From a plasmid, in sequence record NZ_CP090684.1: a DNA stretch of 64,000 nucleotides. The stretch is one strand, 5' to 3'. Under the pieces are notes generated by a model. The model was given only the letters and a program-made list of their open reading frames with translations. It ran no database searches and had not been told where the DNA came from. The translations under genes and the position numbers were made by a program. This document shows, in pieces, positions 10,218-19,954 of this stretch; the first letter of the stretch is position 1; each line of letters starts with the position of its first letter.

Positions 10218-10865
10218 TCACTTCGCCATCGAAATCAACCCGTTCACCAACTGGCTGAACAGTGCTGCGTCGCCAGACGTAAACTCAGGCGTTACGATAT
10301 AGGTGCCCGCGACGGAAACCGCGGGAGTGTTTGTGATTCCAAGCAGCTTTTGCCGAACGAGTGCGGCGCGCAGCTCGCGTTCGAGTTCAGTGGCGTGATC
10401 TGCGACGAGGCGGGGGACGGGAACTGGCACATGCGCAGCATGACCAATCCGCTCGATGCCCGCCCAATTCGACGTTGATATTCCTCGTTCTTGAGCGCCA
10501 ATAAATGACGCCTCCATGAAGTTCCTTAGATAGGTTGGGTAGTATTTTTGAACCGCGATAAAGCTCAACGCAAACTGGATGCCGTCTGCTTTATTTACCA
10601 ACGGAGTAAATTTGAAAATCTTTTGACGCGGAAGAGTGGCTTCCAAATTATTGAAAAATTGGAAGTAATTCCGGGAGAACTGGCAACTTGGAGAGAAGAA
10701 GACGCGAACCGTTTCTTCTTCCCCCTCTACCGGTTTGACTTGGAGGTAGGGTTTCAGCTGTTCCATTCCCGCGGGTACCTGAGCGATGGCCGGCAGCGGG
10801 CCGCAGAGCCAAAGGCCGACAGCAAGGGAGAGAAGAGGTGTTTTGCACCAGGCGATCGATGTCAT
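10218..10865 (-). CDS. periplasmic thioredoxin-like (DsbA-family-like) protein with a CxxS motif
   Basis: Signal peptide. FFSPSCQFS sits where a DsbA CxxC would be, but is monothiol. Stop overlaps the start of the upstream ATPase gene. Confidence 0.45.
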   Translation of the reverse strand: MTSIAWCKTPLLSLAVGLWLCGPLPAIAQVPAGMEQLKPYLQVKPVEGEEETVRVFFSPSCQFSRNYFQFFNNLEATLPRQKIFKFTPLVNKADGIQFALSFIAVQKYYPTYLRNFMEASFIGAQERGISTSNWAGIERIGHAAHVPVPVPRLVADHATELERELRAALVRQKLLGITNTPAVSVAGTYIVTPEFTSGDAALFSQLVNGLISMAK

Positions 10866-12394
10866 GCGACTTCTCCATAGGCCGTTTCACGCGACGACAC
10901 GAGGAATGCTTCTAGCGGTTTGTCACCGCCGGCGTCCGCCGCGCGGTGGTAGTCATCGATCGCACATGCGACCTCGACGAGATCAAGGCCAAACTCCTTG
11001 GCGAGCCGGAGGCGGCTGCACGGATAGCCTTTCGCATCGCTGCTGCCTTCCAGGCCCGCGATGCAGTCGCGCAGGAGAGTTTGCTGGCTTTGCACGGCAC
11101 GGACACCTCCAACCGCAAAGGGCTCGTACTGGTCCTGTTCGCAGGCTGCGCGATAAATCGCTGTCACGTCGACCCGCTTTGCGCGTAGCAATTGTTTGAC
11201 CTCTGGGGTAGTGACGATCACCTCGACAATCGCCACCTTTCCTACGTGCTTCGAGGGCACCACCTCTCTGATTGAATCGCCGAGATCAATCCCGTTCGCT
11301 TCAAGCCACAACTGCTCGTCGCGGGTGAGCGCGCGCACGACCGACTCCCCCGCGTACCGATCAATCCGCCGTAGGGAGATGACGGCCTTCAACGTTTCCG
11401 CGAGACGATACGCGTCGCGAGCCTTATCTTTCGTCAAATCCAGAGCGCGCGTATAGGTCTCGGCGCTGTTGTTGGTGTGCAGTGTTGAAAGCACGATGTG
11501 GCCGGTCTGCGCGGCCTGCAACGCGATTTCCATCGTTTCGGAATCTCGAATTTCCCCGACCATGATCACGTCTGGATCGGAGCGGAGAATAGACCGGAGT
11601 GCTCGAGCAAACGTTATGTTCCCGCTGACCTGTCGTTGCCGAATCGGACCATTTCCACGCAAAGCAATCTCTACGGGATTTTCGATCGTCTCGATGGCGC
11701 GAGTTTCATCGTTCAGCACCGACAAAATTGCATTAAGCAGCGTCGTCTTTCCGGACCCCGTCGGCCCAGTCACCAAGATCAGGCCACTTGGCTTACTGAT
11801 CGCTCGCATGATCGTTCGATAGACTGAATACGACAGCCCAAGCTCATGCAGCTCAGGGGCGCGCTGGGCGTCAAGCAGTCGGCATATGAATGCGAAGCCG
11901 TTGAACGTCTTCGTGTACTCGACGCGAACATCCACCGCATACGTCGGTGCATCCTCAAACGGCCTCAATCCATGGGCTTTCGCGAAGTCCAATGGCAGCT
12001 CGATCTCGAACCGAGTTGATGCGATCTCGGGGGTCGACGCGCCTTGCGGCGTTCCAGAGAGTTGAAGAAGCTTTGTCTCCCAATGCCGGCCTTCCTGCTT
12101 CGGATAGCGGAACCGAAAATTCCTGAAGCCCTCCGGCGTTCGGATGTGCAAATAGATCTCGATAGAGCCACGTCGATCGCGACCGGACACGTGCACGTCA
12201 GTCGACTGAGTAGTAATCGCCCAGACGAACACCTGCCGGATTGCCAATTCAACAGAGGCGTTCTCGTTGCCCCCCTCTCGCACCATCATGATGGCGCGGC
12301 GTTCATCATCCGTTAGTTCGTCCAGCCCTTCGACGACGGGTAAGCACGCATGGACATCCTGCATCTCCAATTCCCCGCAAGTGGCTTCCAGCAC
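10862..12394 (-). CDS. secretion ATPase of the GspE/PilB/PilT/VirB11 superfamily
   Basis: Walker A LVTGPTGSGKTT, Asp box / Walker B DPDVIMVGEIRD, His box LSTLHTN. ~180-aa N-terminal extension. Confidence 0.8.
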   Translation of the reverse strand: MLEATCGELEMQDVHACLPVVEGLDELTDDERRAIMMVREGGNENASVELAIRQVFVWAITTQSTDVHVSGRDRRGSIEIYLHIRTPEGFRNFRFRYPKQEGRHWETKLLQLSGTPQGASTPEIASTRFEIELPLDFAKAHGLRPFEDAPTYAVDVRVEYTKTFNGFAFICRLLDAQRAPELHELGLSYSVYRTIMRAISKPSGLILVTGPTGSGKTTLLNAILSVLNDETRAIETIENPVEIALRGNGPIRQRQVSGNITFARALRSILRSDPDVIMVGEIRDSETMEIALQAAQTGHIVLSTLHTNNSAETYTRALDLTKDKARDAYRLAETLKAVISLRRIDRYAGESVVRALTRDEQLWLEANGIDLGDSIREVVPSKHVGKVAIVEVIVTTPEVKQLLRAKRVDVTAIYRAACEQDQYEPFAVGGVRAVQSQQTLLRDCIAGLEGSSDAKGYPCSRLRLAKEFGLDLVEVACAIDDYHRAADAGGDKPLEAFLVSSRETAYGEVA

Positions 12395-12489
12395 GCGCCT
12401 CGTTGCAACTTGGCGAGCCCCAGAAATATAAATTTGGGTACACTTCCGAACTGATTATAATTTAGGTGACACGCGCTCTCAACATAGCA

Positions 12490-13668
12490 ATGCACATCAA
12501 CACAGTCCGAGTCCGACGCTTCGCTCTGAGTCTTCTAGTCAGCACTGCGCTGACAGGAGTGATGGTTGCGTACGCGCAGGAAAACGGAATAGAGCCCGGT
12601 GCAGTCAAAGGGCTCGCGGAATCGACGTTCAGCTCGCCAGTTTTCGCAGACCTCGTCAACGGCTACCGCACCCAAAACGGATCTATCGTGAAGAGTGTGA
12701 CGGCCGACGTTGTCGATCGTGCGAAGGCACTTCTTCCAAAGGCGAATCAACTCGGTGAACGTCTACGATTTGGCGACCACAACGTCGTGAGTAACGACGG
12801 CGAGACGGTGGTCATGTGGATGATTGAAGCGGCCAACGCGACCGGCGAAAAGCGCAAAGCGCTCTTGGCAAAGCTCGCCGAGCTCAGTGCGCGTGGCGTC
12901 CCCGAAGCCATGACCTTTCAGGGGTTCGCCTCGGAGTACGGGCTCTTCGGTTTTCCAAAGGATCTTGGTCGAGCACTTAGTCTATACAGGTCAGCCGCCG
13001 CGTCGAAATATCAGCCGGCCATCTATAACCTCGCGATTGCGGCTGGATACGGAAAACTGCAGCGACCCGACCTCGCATCTGCGCTCATGTATGCGGGTCA
13101 GGCAGCGGCGATCGCAGCCGATGCATCATATAGAGTGTGCGGGTTTGCGTCCTTCCTAAGCTACAGGCAAGGCGACCGTGTGCGCGCGCTCCAATACGCG
13201 ACCTCATGTTGGTCAGACCTCGCTGGCCTTTCCCGGGCCCGCTACGACGCGCGAGCATCGCTCTCCGAGCGAGTGACTCTTCTACGAAATTCAATTAGCA
13301 CCGGTATCGATGACGGCTATGCGCTCCTCGAGCAAGTGACCCGTGACGCCGGAGCAGAACCTCAATACCTCGCCTGTAAGTACGAGCTTGTCAACAAATA
13401 TCGCCGCCCGACCGGAGGTCGCAACCTACGCGACGATGCGGTTCTTTGCTATCGGCGATATACGCCAACGGGGACTCAGCGCGAAGCTTCGATCCGATTC
13501 AACACCGTAGTCCCGGGCATCATCGGTTTTGTCCCGACCGAAATCGCAGCCCTTGAGAAGTTGCGTGCATCAAACAAATTTCACTACGGTTGGAGTGTTC
13601 CGTATCTCCCGTTCCGGCAACAGGATGTGGACCTTTTCGCACCATACGTCTCCCACGCCAAGCAGTAA
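12490..13668 (+). CDS. secreted Sel1/TPR-like repeat protein
   Basis: Signal peptide after Met9 of the ORF. Repeated A-x-x-Y-x-L-A-x-x-Y-x-x-G style units (LYRSAAASKYQPAIYNLAIAAGYG). Confidence 0.45.
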   Translation: MHINTVRVRRFALSLLVSTALTGVMVAYAQENGIEPGAVKGLAESTFSSPVFADLVNGYRTQNGSIVKSVTADVVDRAKALLPKANQLGERLRFGDHNVVSNDGETVVMWMIEAANATGEKRKALLAKLAELSARGVPEAMTFQGFASEYGLFGFPKDLGRALSLYRSAAASKYQPAIYNLAIAAGYGKLQRPDLASALMYAGQAAAIAADASYRVCGFASFLSYRQGDRVRALQYATSCWSDLAGLSRARYDARASLSERVTLLRNSISTGIDDGYALLEQVTRDAGAEPQYLACKYELVNKYRRPTGGRNLRDDAVLCYRRYTPTGTQREASIRFNTVVPGIIGFVPTEIAALEKLRASNKFHYGWSVPYLPFRQQDVDLFAPYVSHAKQ

Positions 13669-13680
13669 AGGACCGCCAGC

Positions 13681-14229
13681 ATGCGCAAGCTCGCCATTAC
13701 AGCCATCTTGAGCCTTCTTTCCGCATCCTTGTCAGCTACAACGCTGTCCGGTGGTCCGCAAAGCGTGTTCATGATCGCGCTGGAAAATGGAACTGCAACC
13801 GCGCCGCTCGACAGCAACGGGCAGTACTCGGTTGCGATTTCGGCTATTCGCGAGAGGACCGGCGACAACGGTCCGGTTGTAGTACTCGCGAGGCGAATTG
13901 CGTCGTTCAAAGAACAACCGAGATGCGGACGTGTCGCATTCATCGTCGCGCAGCCGTCGTCCCACACCGCGTGGACCGATATGGGAGGGGAGCTCAACAT
14001 CTGCGACGACGGTAACCCACCCCTGCGTATCTGTGCCGCCGAACCTAGCAAGCTCGTTCTACCTGACTCGGCATGCGCCGACGGCTCGACGCCGGTCGAT
14101 ACACCTGAGGTCGCGGACGCGATCAAATCCGCCACGGCTGCAGGGGGAATGGATCCGCGCGAGGCGGCTCGCCGGGTCCGGGCGGCCGCGATGCCTGCCG
14201 GCGGCGCCGAAACGGAGCGCCTCAAATGA
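13681..14229 (+). CDS. secreted hypothetical protein
   Basis: Clear signal peptide MRKLAITAILSLLSASLSA. 4-nt overlap with the next gene. Confidence 0.5.
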   Translation: MRKLAITAILSLLSASLSATTLSGGPQSVFMIALENGTATAPLDSNGQYSVAISAIRERTGDNGPVVVLARRIASFKEQPRCGRVAFIVAQPSSHTAWTDMGGELNICDDGNPPLRICAAEPSKLVLPDSACADGSTPVDTPEVADAIKSATAAGGMDPREAARRVRAAAMPAGGAETERLK

Positions 14230-15527
14230 AGGTATTCATCGTCGCGCTCGCCTTCGCGTTCGCTAGCACCGCGCTCGCTCAGAATGCTTCGGATGTCAAC
14301 AACGGACGAACATTCGCCAACTCGATCGCCCCCACATCCCAGACCCAGATCGTGAATCCGGCCGGCGTGAACGCGAGCGCTTGGGCTGGGCAAACCAACA
14401 TGCCGACTAGTGTCCCATCGGGCTTTGCCGCATTTTCAAACCCGAACACAAGCTCGGCTGCGCTGATGGCCGCGCGAGGTAGTAGCCTCACCGCTCTCGG
14501 CAACCAAGCTCAAATTGATTGCGCGGCCTTCGTGCCAGGTAACGACCCATACCAGAATCAGTATTGTGCTGCAGTTAACTTCCTGAACAATCAGTGCATG
14601 CAGCCGACTACAGGTCAAAAGTCGGTTCTGGGCAAAACCGGACAGACAATCTCGAGCAACGCAAACTGTGCGGGAACGTTCGGCGCCGGGCAATCCCAGT
14701 TCGGCTACGGAGACCAGGTGACGATTGATGACCCCATGTTCAAGGTGATCCTTGGCCTCGGGGATAGCGCGCGAGACGCGCTCTCAACGATTTGCACGCC
14801 GAAAACCGTCGTCACGCAACCGGCGCAGTACGAAAACAACACGTGTGTCGTCTCTATCGACAAAGAAGAGAACGGCTGCTCGCAATACTTGAATGCGACC
14901 ATCACGAATTCAATCAGCCAAGCGCTCTCTGTCGAAAGCTGCCCGGACGGCATGACACTCCAAGGCGGAATGTGCCTCCACCAGGTCACCTACACGCCGT
15001 GGATCTCGTGTCCTGCGGGCTACATTCAGAGCGGCGCAAATCGCGACCAGTGCGTGCAAATTTCGAATCTTCAAGGTACACCGTATTGCCCTGGCGGCTT
15101 CGGGACAGGCCATACCGATAACGGAACGATGGTGTGCGTGTCCATGTCGTCTTATCCGGATCCGCCGCCAAACGTCCTCAACAACATGCCTTTGATTGAT
15201 CGTGGCTTGTGTATTGGAGGCAGCTGCTACAACCCGTCCTATTTGCCGCTCCAGTCCTGTCCCGATGGCTATACCTTCGACGGCACTCAATGCACGAAGA
15301 CCACCACGGTCGGCGCGACCTACAGCTGCCCGAACGGAGGGGCACTGCAGGGTCAGACTTGCGTGACTAATGACTCGGCTAACCCTACGGTGACATACAG
15401 TTGCCCGCCGGGGCAAACCCTGAATGGGTCGAACTGCGTCAAACAAGTGGTCAAGACGAGTTGGACCGATACCTGCACCGCGTATGAGCAGAGCGCCGGC
15501 GTCGCTCTGCCTACCCCGGCGAACTGA
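14226..15527 (+). CDS. cysteine-rich secreted protein, TraN N-terminal-region-like
   Basis: Signal peptide. More than 30 Cys in recurring CP-x-G / Q-C motifs. Lies immediately upstream of the TraN C-domain gene. Confidence 0.5.
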   Translation: MKVFIVALAFAFASTALAQNASDVNNGRTFANSIAPTSQTQIVNPAGVNASAWAGQTNMPTSVPSGFAAFSNPNTSSAALMAARGSSLTALGNQAQIDCAAFVPGNDPYQNQYCAAVNFLNNQCMQPTTGQKSVLGKTGQTISSNANCAGTFGAGQSQFGYGDQVTIDDPMFKVILGLGDSARDALSTICTPKTVVTQPAQYENNTCVVSIDKEENGCSQYLNATITNSISQALSVESCPDGMTLQGGMCLHQVTYTPWISCPAGYIQSGANRDQCVQISNLQGTPYCPGGFGTGHTDNGTMVCVSMSSYPDPPPNVLNNMPLIDRGLCIGGSCYNPSYLPLQSCPDGYTFDGTQCTKTTTVGATYSCPNGGALQGQTCVTNDSANPTVTYSCPPGQTLNGSNCVKQVVKTSWTDTCTAYEQSAGVALPTPAN

Positions 15528-15537
15528 GGAACCACCG

Positions 15538-16941
15538 ATGCTGATTACCCGTATTCGACGCCTCTTCACTTCGCTGGTCGTCACGGTGCTTTCCCTTCCC
15601 CTGCCGACAACGGCACAAACCTATGGCCCCGGCGCATGTTCCCCCGTCCCAGGGTCGCAGACTTGCATCGACACGACGCCGTGCAAAACGTCAGGCACTG
15701 GTCAGCAAATTTGCCTTTCCACTGCGACGCCGCCCGCAGGCGCACTGCAGGTCCCTTATAGCTGCTGGCAGTACTCCTACAGTTACGCTTGCACCGGCAC
15801 CACCGTCGACACCTGCGGTCAGTACCGCAGCAACTCAGCCTGCGGCGTGGTCGGTAGCGTTTGCAATGATACGATCGCCGAAACTGGGCAGTGCGACGAA
15901 TGGACGTATACCTACCGTTGTCAAACCAAGGCCGAGCAGACTGGCCAACAGATGAATTGCTCGAACGGTCTGTTTGACAACAGCGGCTTTCCGACGCCGC
16001 CGAACAACAACAACTCGTTCCTGACGGGAGCAATCGGGCTCGAACTGCTCGGTGAGGCACAGAAGTACACCGACGGCAATAGCATCTTCGCCGGGGTCGA
16101 GGAAAGCTGCAGAAAGGGTTACGAAGGAATCCAGAATTGCTGCAAGAGTACCCCTGGCGCGCAATCGAACAACATGGTAATGACAGCGGCCATCGGCGCA
16201 GCTGGTTCGGTCGCCAAGTATGCCGGCGAGAAGCTGATTGATCTCGCGTCGCCATACGTGTTCGACGCGATGTATACGAACGGAATTTTCTCCGAGGCGC
16301 TGACGCAGAACTTCACGACAGCATTCTCTCTTGATGCGGCCAATGGCGGCGGAACACTCGGTACTCAACTCGCTTCTGGCGGCATACAGTTCGGCGTATA
16401 TGGTTTCACGGTCGGGTTCGGAACGATGACCCCAGGGCTTTTCGGCGCGAACATGCAACTGGCTTCCTTCGGCTCCAACGGATACCTCGCGTTTAACCCA
16501 TATGTCTTCGCTGCGATGGTTGCAATTCAGGTCATCCAAGGCCTATCGAAGTGCTCGCAGGGCGAGCAGCTCCTGGCGCTTCATAAGGGTGCCGGTCTAA
16601 GCACGTTCATCAAAGAGGAGTGTGCCAAGAAGGCGCTGGGTGCCTGCGTTCAATACGTCGACACCTATTGTTCCTTCAACTCGCAACTCGCTCAGATCAT
16701 CAACATTCAAGGGAAGACGCAACTGGGCCTTCCGCTTGAGGGTTGCAGTGGCCTGACTCCGGACCAGATCAGCAAGATCGATTTCAAGAAGATTGACTTC
16801 AGTGCATTCTCGAGCCAGATGATGGATCAAGCTATGAAAGGCCTCCCGAAAAATATCACCGGGAATTACACACCGATCATGCAGAACACTCCGAGCGGAT
16901 CTTCCCAAAAGGGCGGCTCTGCCGTTCTTCCGACTTACTGA
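15538..16941 (+). CDS. traN: TraN (mating pair stabilisation) conserved C-terminal domain protein with its own signal peptide
   Basis: GAGGA Shine-Dalgarno 7 nt upstream of the ATG at 15538. Signal peptide MLITRIRRLFTSLVVTVLSLPLPTTAQ. C-terminal hallmark blocks NCCKS, SKCSQGEQLL, CVQYVDTYCSFNSQLAQIINIQGKTQLG, KIDFKKIDFSAF. Confidence 0.7.
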   Translation: MLITRIRRLFTSLVVTVLSLPLPTTAQTYGPGACSPVPGSQTCIDTTPCKTSGTGQQICLSTATPPAGALQVPYSCWQYSYSYACTGTTVDTCGQYRSNSACGVVGSVCNDTIAETGQCDEWTYTYRCQTKAEQTGQQMNCSNGLFDNSGFPTPPNNNNSFLTGAIGLELLGEAQKYTDGNSIFAGVEESCRKGYEGIQNCCKSTPGAQSNNMVMTAAIGAAGSVAKYAGEKLIDLASPYVFDAMYTNGIFSEALTQNFTTAFSLDAANGGGTLGTQLASGGIQFGVYGFTVGFGTMTPGLFGANMQLASFGSNGYLAFNPYVFAAMVAIQVIQGLSKCSQGEQLLALHKGAGLSTFIKEECAKKALGACVQYVDTYCSFNSQLAQIINIQGKTQLGLPLEGCSGLTPDQISKIDFKKIDFSAFSSQMMDQAMKGLPKNITGNYTPIMQNTPSGSSQKGGSAVLPTY

Positions 16942-16968
16942 TATACCAACAACGAGACCAGGACCTTC

Positions 16969-17301
16969 ATGAAAGCCAAAGTATTTGTGAAACGAGCGAT
17001 CTTCACTGTCGGAATCATCACGCTGCTTGCGTCGCTCGGCGCAGCTGCAATCGGTTACAAGCTGAACGTCAATTTGAGCAAACGGAACGCGGAGCAGGCG
17101 CGAGAAATTAGCGCACTGAAGGAGGACGTACGGAAGCTAGGCGAGCGTCTGTCTACCAGCGACGCCGAGCTCAAAGGGCTTCGGAACCAGGGGGACGCCA
17201 ACCAAGCGGAACTCAATAAACTCAAAGACAACGTTGATGCATTCGCTACCCAAGCAGCTGCGTGCGAGACCTTGCGCCGCTCGGTGAAGGGAGGTGCATA
17301 G
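16969..17301 (+). CDS. membrane-anchored coiled-coil protein (TrbE-like position)
   Basis: N-terminal TM helix followed by a heptad-rich segment. Follows traN as trbE does in F. No motif evidence. Confidence 0.4.
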   Translation: MKAKVFVKRAIFTVGIITLLASLGAAAIGYKLNVNLSKRNAEQAREISALKEDVRKLGERLSTSDAELKGLRNQGDANQAELNKLKDNVDAFATQAAACETLRRSVKGGA

Positions 17302-18211
17302 CGTGCCGCGCACTGACACGTTCATCGCGACGATCGCCGTTGCAGCGTCCTCGGCGATCGGCAGCGCAATGGCCTGCGCATCGCCTGTCGAGTTCGATAC
17401 AGCATCCGCGCACGTCATCGTCGCGCGTCCGATCGACAGTTGGTCTGGCGACTCATCGGCGCAGAAGCACTCCCTCGAGTCGCTCCGCGAGCGCAAGGTC
17501 TCCTACGACGTGATATTGGATGGCACCCGCTATCGCGGCAGTCCGCTCATTCTGCAGGGCATAAGCGACAACCCGATAACTCGCGGCGTAGAGGCAACCC
17601 TCGCCGAGGAACGGATCACGCTTGTGCGGAACGCGCCCTACCTCTTCCACGTCCTCGACGTGGCTACCTTCGCGGCCGACGCATACCCGACCTTCGCACG
17701 AGCTCAGGCCGAGTACTACAGGCGATTCGTAGAAAGAGCGGGGGACCCACGTACCCTGGCAACGCGGTACAACATCAAAGGGATGATCGGCAATGCCCTC
17801 TCTATTGGAGCACTGTTCTTACCGACCGGTAGCTTGGGCGTTGCAAATGGCGCTCAGGTGATGATGAATTCTGGTCTCGCAGAAGACATCGGCAAGCTTC
17901 CGCGCGGTTCGCGCGCGGCGCTGGTCCCAGTACGTTTGCCGGACCTCGATCCGGCGGCATATCGACAAATCGATGTGCGGCGAGTCGAATTCAAACCCGA
18001 CACCCCCGGAGAAATTGTTATCGCATACAAGGGGGAAAAAACCCCAGAGGCCGAGGCTGAAGCCTTGGTCCGTGCAATAGCGATTGTCGCGGGTGCTCAA
18101 ACCACCGCTGATGCCGTCGAATCGGCGCGGCGGGCCGATTTTCAAGAGCGCGTCTCGATTTGGGACGCATGTGTTAATGAAGGCAAGTGCCAAAATGGAG
18201 GCCAACAATGA
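17294..18211 (+). CDS. hypothetical protein, possibly lipoprotein-like
   Basis: Hydrophobic N-terminus with AMAC, an imperfect lipobox. No recognised domain. Confidence 0.45.
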   Translation: MHSVPRTDTFIATIAVAASSAIGSAMACASPVEFDTASAHVIVARPIDSWSGDSSAQKHSLESLRERKVSYDVILDGTRYRGSPLILQGISDNPITRGVEATLAEERITLVRNAPYLFHVLDVATFAADAYPTFARAQAEYYRRFVERAGDPRTLATRYNIKGMIGNALSIGALFLPTGSLGVANGAQVMMNSGLAEDIGKLPRGSRAALVPVRLPDLDPAAYRQIDVRRVEFKPDTPGEIVIAYKGEKTPEAEAEALVRAIAIVAGAQTTADAVESARRADFQERVSIWDACVNEGKCQNGGQQ

Positions 18212-18336
18212 CTGACTCGACCAAGCAACAAAAGCCCGTACCCAAGGTTCTGCGGAAGAATGGACTCCTGACCTGGGTCGCATTCGTGGCAATCCTCTTG
18301 GTCCTCGCCAACTCGTTCTGGAAGCATTTCGGCTAA
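18208..18336 (+). CDS. unannotated 42-aa single-TM peptide, translationally coupled to the upstream gene
   Basis: GGAGG 6 nt upstream. ATGA overlap with the stop of 17294..18211. Sequence MTDSTKQQKPVPKVLRKNGLLTWVAFVAILLVLANSFWKHFG. Below the 60-aa cut-off of the ORF track. Confidence 0.35.
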   Translation: MTDSTKQQKPVPKVLRKNGLLTWVAFVAILLVLANSFWKHFG

Positions 18337-18491
18337 CGCTGATAGCCCGGTCTGCAGCTCGCGGGCCGGGCGCGCCTCATGCAGGAACCGTGTCGACGAG
18401 GATCGACGCCCGACGAGAGGGCATTCGGCGAGGCGCTCAGTCTGCAATTGGTGCTGCGGCATGTCGATGCATGGACAGGACAGATAACGCG

Positions 18492-19145
18492 ATGGCAAGT
18501 GACGCTCATAAGCGGTTGGTAACGCTCGGCGAACGATGGCTTAAGCGGGAAGGTTTTTCAGTCGTTGCGACCGAGCTGGTCACAAGCGGCACGCGCGAGC
18601 AAGCCGATGTGATTGGTTTTCGATCGAACTGCTCTGCGGTGATCGAAGCGAAGGCGACGCGATCGGACTTTTTGGCCGACGCGCGGAAGCCACATCGCAT
18701 AAGTGGCGGGTTGGGCGTGTATCGATTCTACCTTTGCCCGCCGGACGTCATCAGAGTATCCGAATTGCCGGTGCGATGGGGGCTGTTGTATGCGGACCGC
18801 CGTGGCGTCCGCGAAGTCCTTCGGCCGACAGGCAACGGATGGCCATCGTTTCGATCGACGATCGGCGATTGGCCCGCGTTTCAACACGAACCAGACCTAG
18901 AAGCAGAGCGCGGCGTCCTCTTTTCTATTGCGCGCCGACGCTCACTTTCCCGTTCTGACGAATTGTACGAACGGAAGTTGCAGGACGCGACACGTCGCGC
19001 AGACCGGCTCGCACGCGAGAACGCCGCTCTGGCGGAGAACATACGGCGGCTGGAACTCGCGCTCTATCTGGCTGAGCGCGGCCTCAATGCCGGTGTCCCG
19101 GACGCGCACGAATTAAAATCCGCGATACGACGGAAGGTGGCATAG
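18492..19145 (+). CDS. PD-(D/E)xK nuclease family protein (MmcB-like)
   Basis: E...D (ADVIGF) ... VIEAKATRSDF is a classic D / E-x-K triad arrangement. C-terminal coiled coil. Start taken at Met35 (alternative 18471). Confidence 0.5.
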   Translation: MASDAHKRLVTLGERWLKREGFSVVATELVTSGTREQADVIGFRSNCSAVIEAKATRSDFLADARKPHRISGGLGVYRFYLCPPDVIRVSELPVRWGLLYADRRGVREVLRPTGNGWPSFRSTIGDWPAFQHEPDLEAERGVLFSIARRRSLSRSDELYERKLQDATRRADRLARENAALAENIRRLELALYLAERGLNAGVPDAHELKSAIRRKVA

Positions 19146-19326
19146 CGTTGTGGGCCGGCTAAGTTATAGCCTCGTTGAGCACCAACTGAATGAATCGGAG
19201 ACGCAAGTTAACGCCTCTGACGCACGAAGGTCGCGTCCGCGCGAGGGACGGCTTGCCGATCGGATTGATCGAAGATCGCTAGAGATTGCATAGCTCGGAA
19301 AGCGGTACGCCGCATTGGGGGTATAG

Positions 19327-19551
19327 ATGACACGAGTAACGTGGAAGCAAACGGTGCGAGGCGCGGAAATCCGCCTGGTCAGTAAGATCAAAGCCATCGA
19401 GGGGTGGCGTAACTTGTGGATGACACCGTTCTACGCATGGCTGCGCCGCAGTGTGCTGCACAAAGAGGAAGCTTGGATCGTTGCAGAGTGCAAACTCGAA
19501 GCGCTGCGTATGCGCCACGATCGCATCGTACGGCGCTATTCGCACTTTTAG
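19327..19551 (+). CDS. hypothetical small protein (74 aa)
   Basis: Protein-like composition in a lower-GC island. Weak Shine-Dalgarno. Confidence 0.3.
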   Translation: MTRVTWKQTVRGAEIRLVSKIKAIEGWRNLWMTPFYAWLRRSVLHKEEAWIVAECKLEALRMRHDRIVRRYSHF

Positions 19552-19572
19552 TAAGTTTGAGTGAGGGAAATA

Positions 19573-19779
19573 ATGACGATCCGCGTGATCGAAATTCCGT
19601 TCGTCCAACTCGGTGCCGACAGGCCGGAGTCGCAGACCAATGCAGCGATCGATGCGCTGAATTCTGCGATCGCGCGTGACGGCCTTGAGGTCCTGTCGGT
19701 CGAGACGGTTACGGTTCCGCGGTTCTTGTGGCTTGGAACCAAGGTGGTCGGTATCCGCGCATGGTGTCGGACACAATAG
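19573..19779 (+). CDS. hypothetical small protein (68 aa)
   Basis: Strong Shine-Dalgarno GAGGGAAATA before the ATG. Lower-GC island. Confidence 0.4.
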   Translation: MTIRVIEIPFVQLGADRPESQTNAAIDALNSAIARDGLEVLSVETVTVPRFLWLGTKVVGIRAWCRTQ

Positions 19780-19954
19780 CGCATTCCTATCGAAAACACC
19801 GATAAATTAGTTTATGTAAAATGGGGCCCTAACTATTGTTCTGCCGCTCGCCTTCGTTCTCGCCACTCCGGGCACGCAGACGTCTCGGGACGTCAATTTC
19901 TGACACAAACAGATCTGCAAAGTGGCGGGCACCCAACTCTCATATTGCAATGAA

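Noticed and set aside
15581-16539. ORFs 15581..16255 and 15835..16539 on the minus strand
   Set aside because: Antisense to the TraN C-domain gene. Cys/Arg-rich junk.
19279-19776. 165-aa minus-strand ORF
   Set aside because: Antisense to two plus-strand small genes that have Shine-Dalgarno sequences. Product is junk-like.
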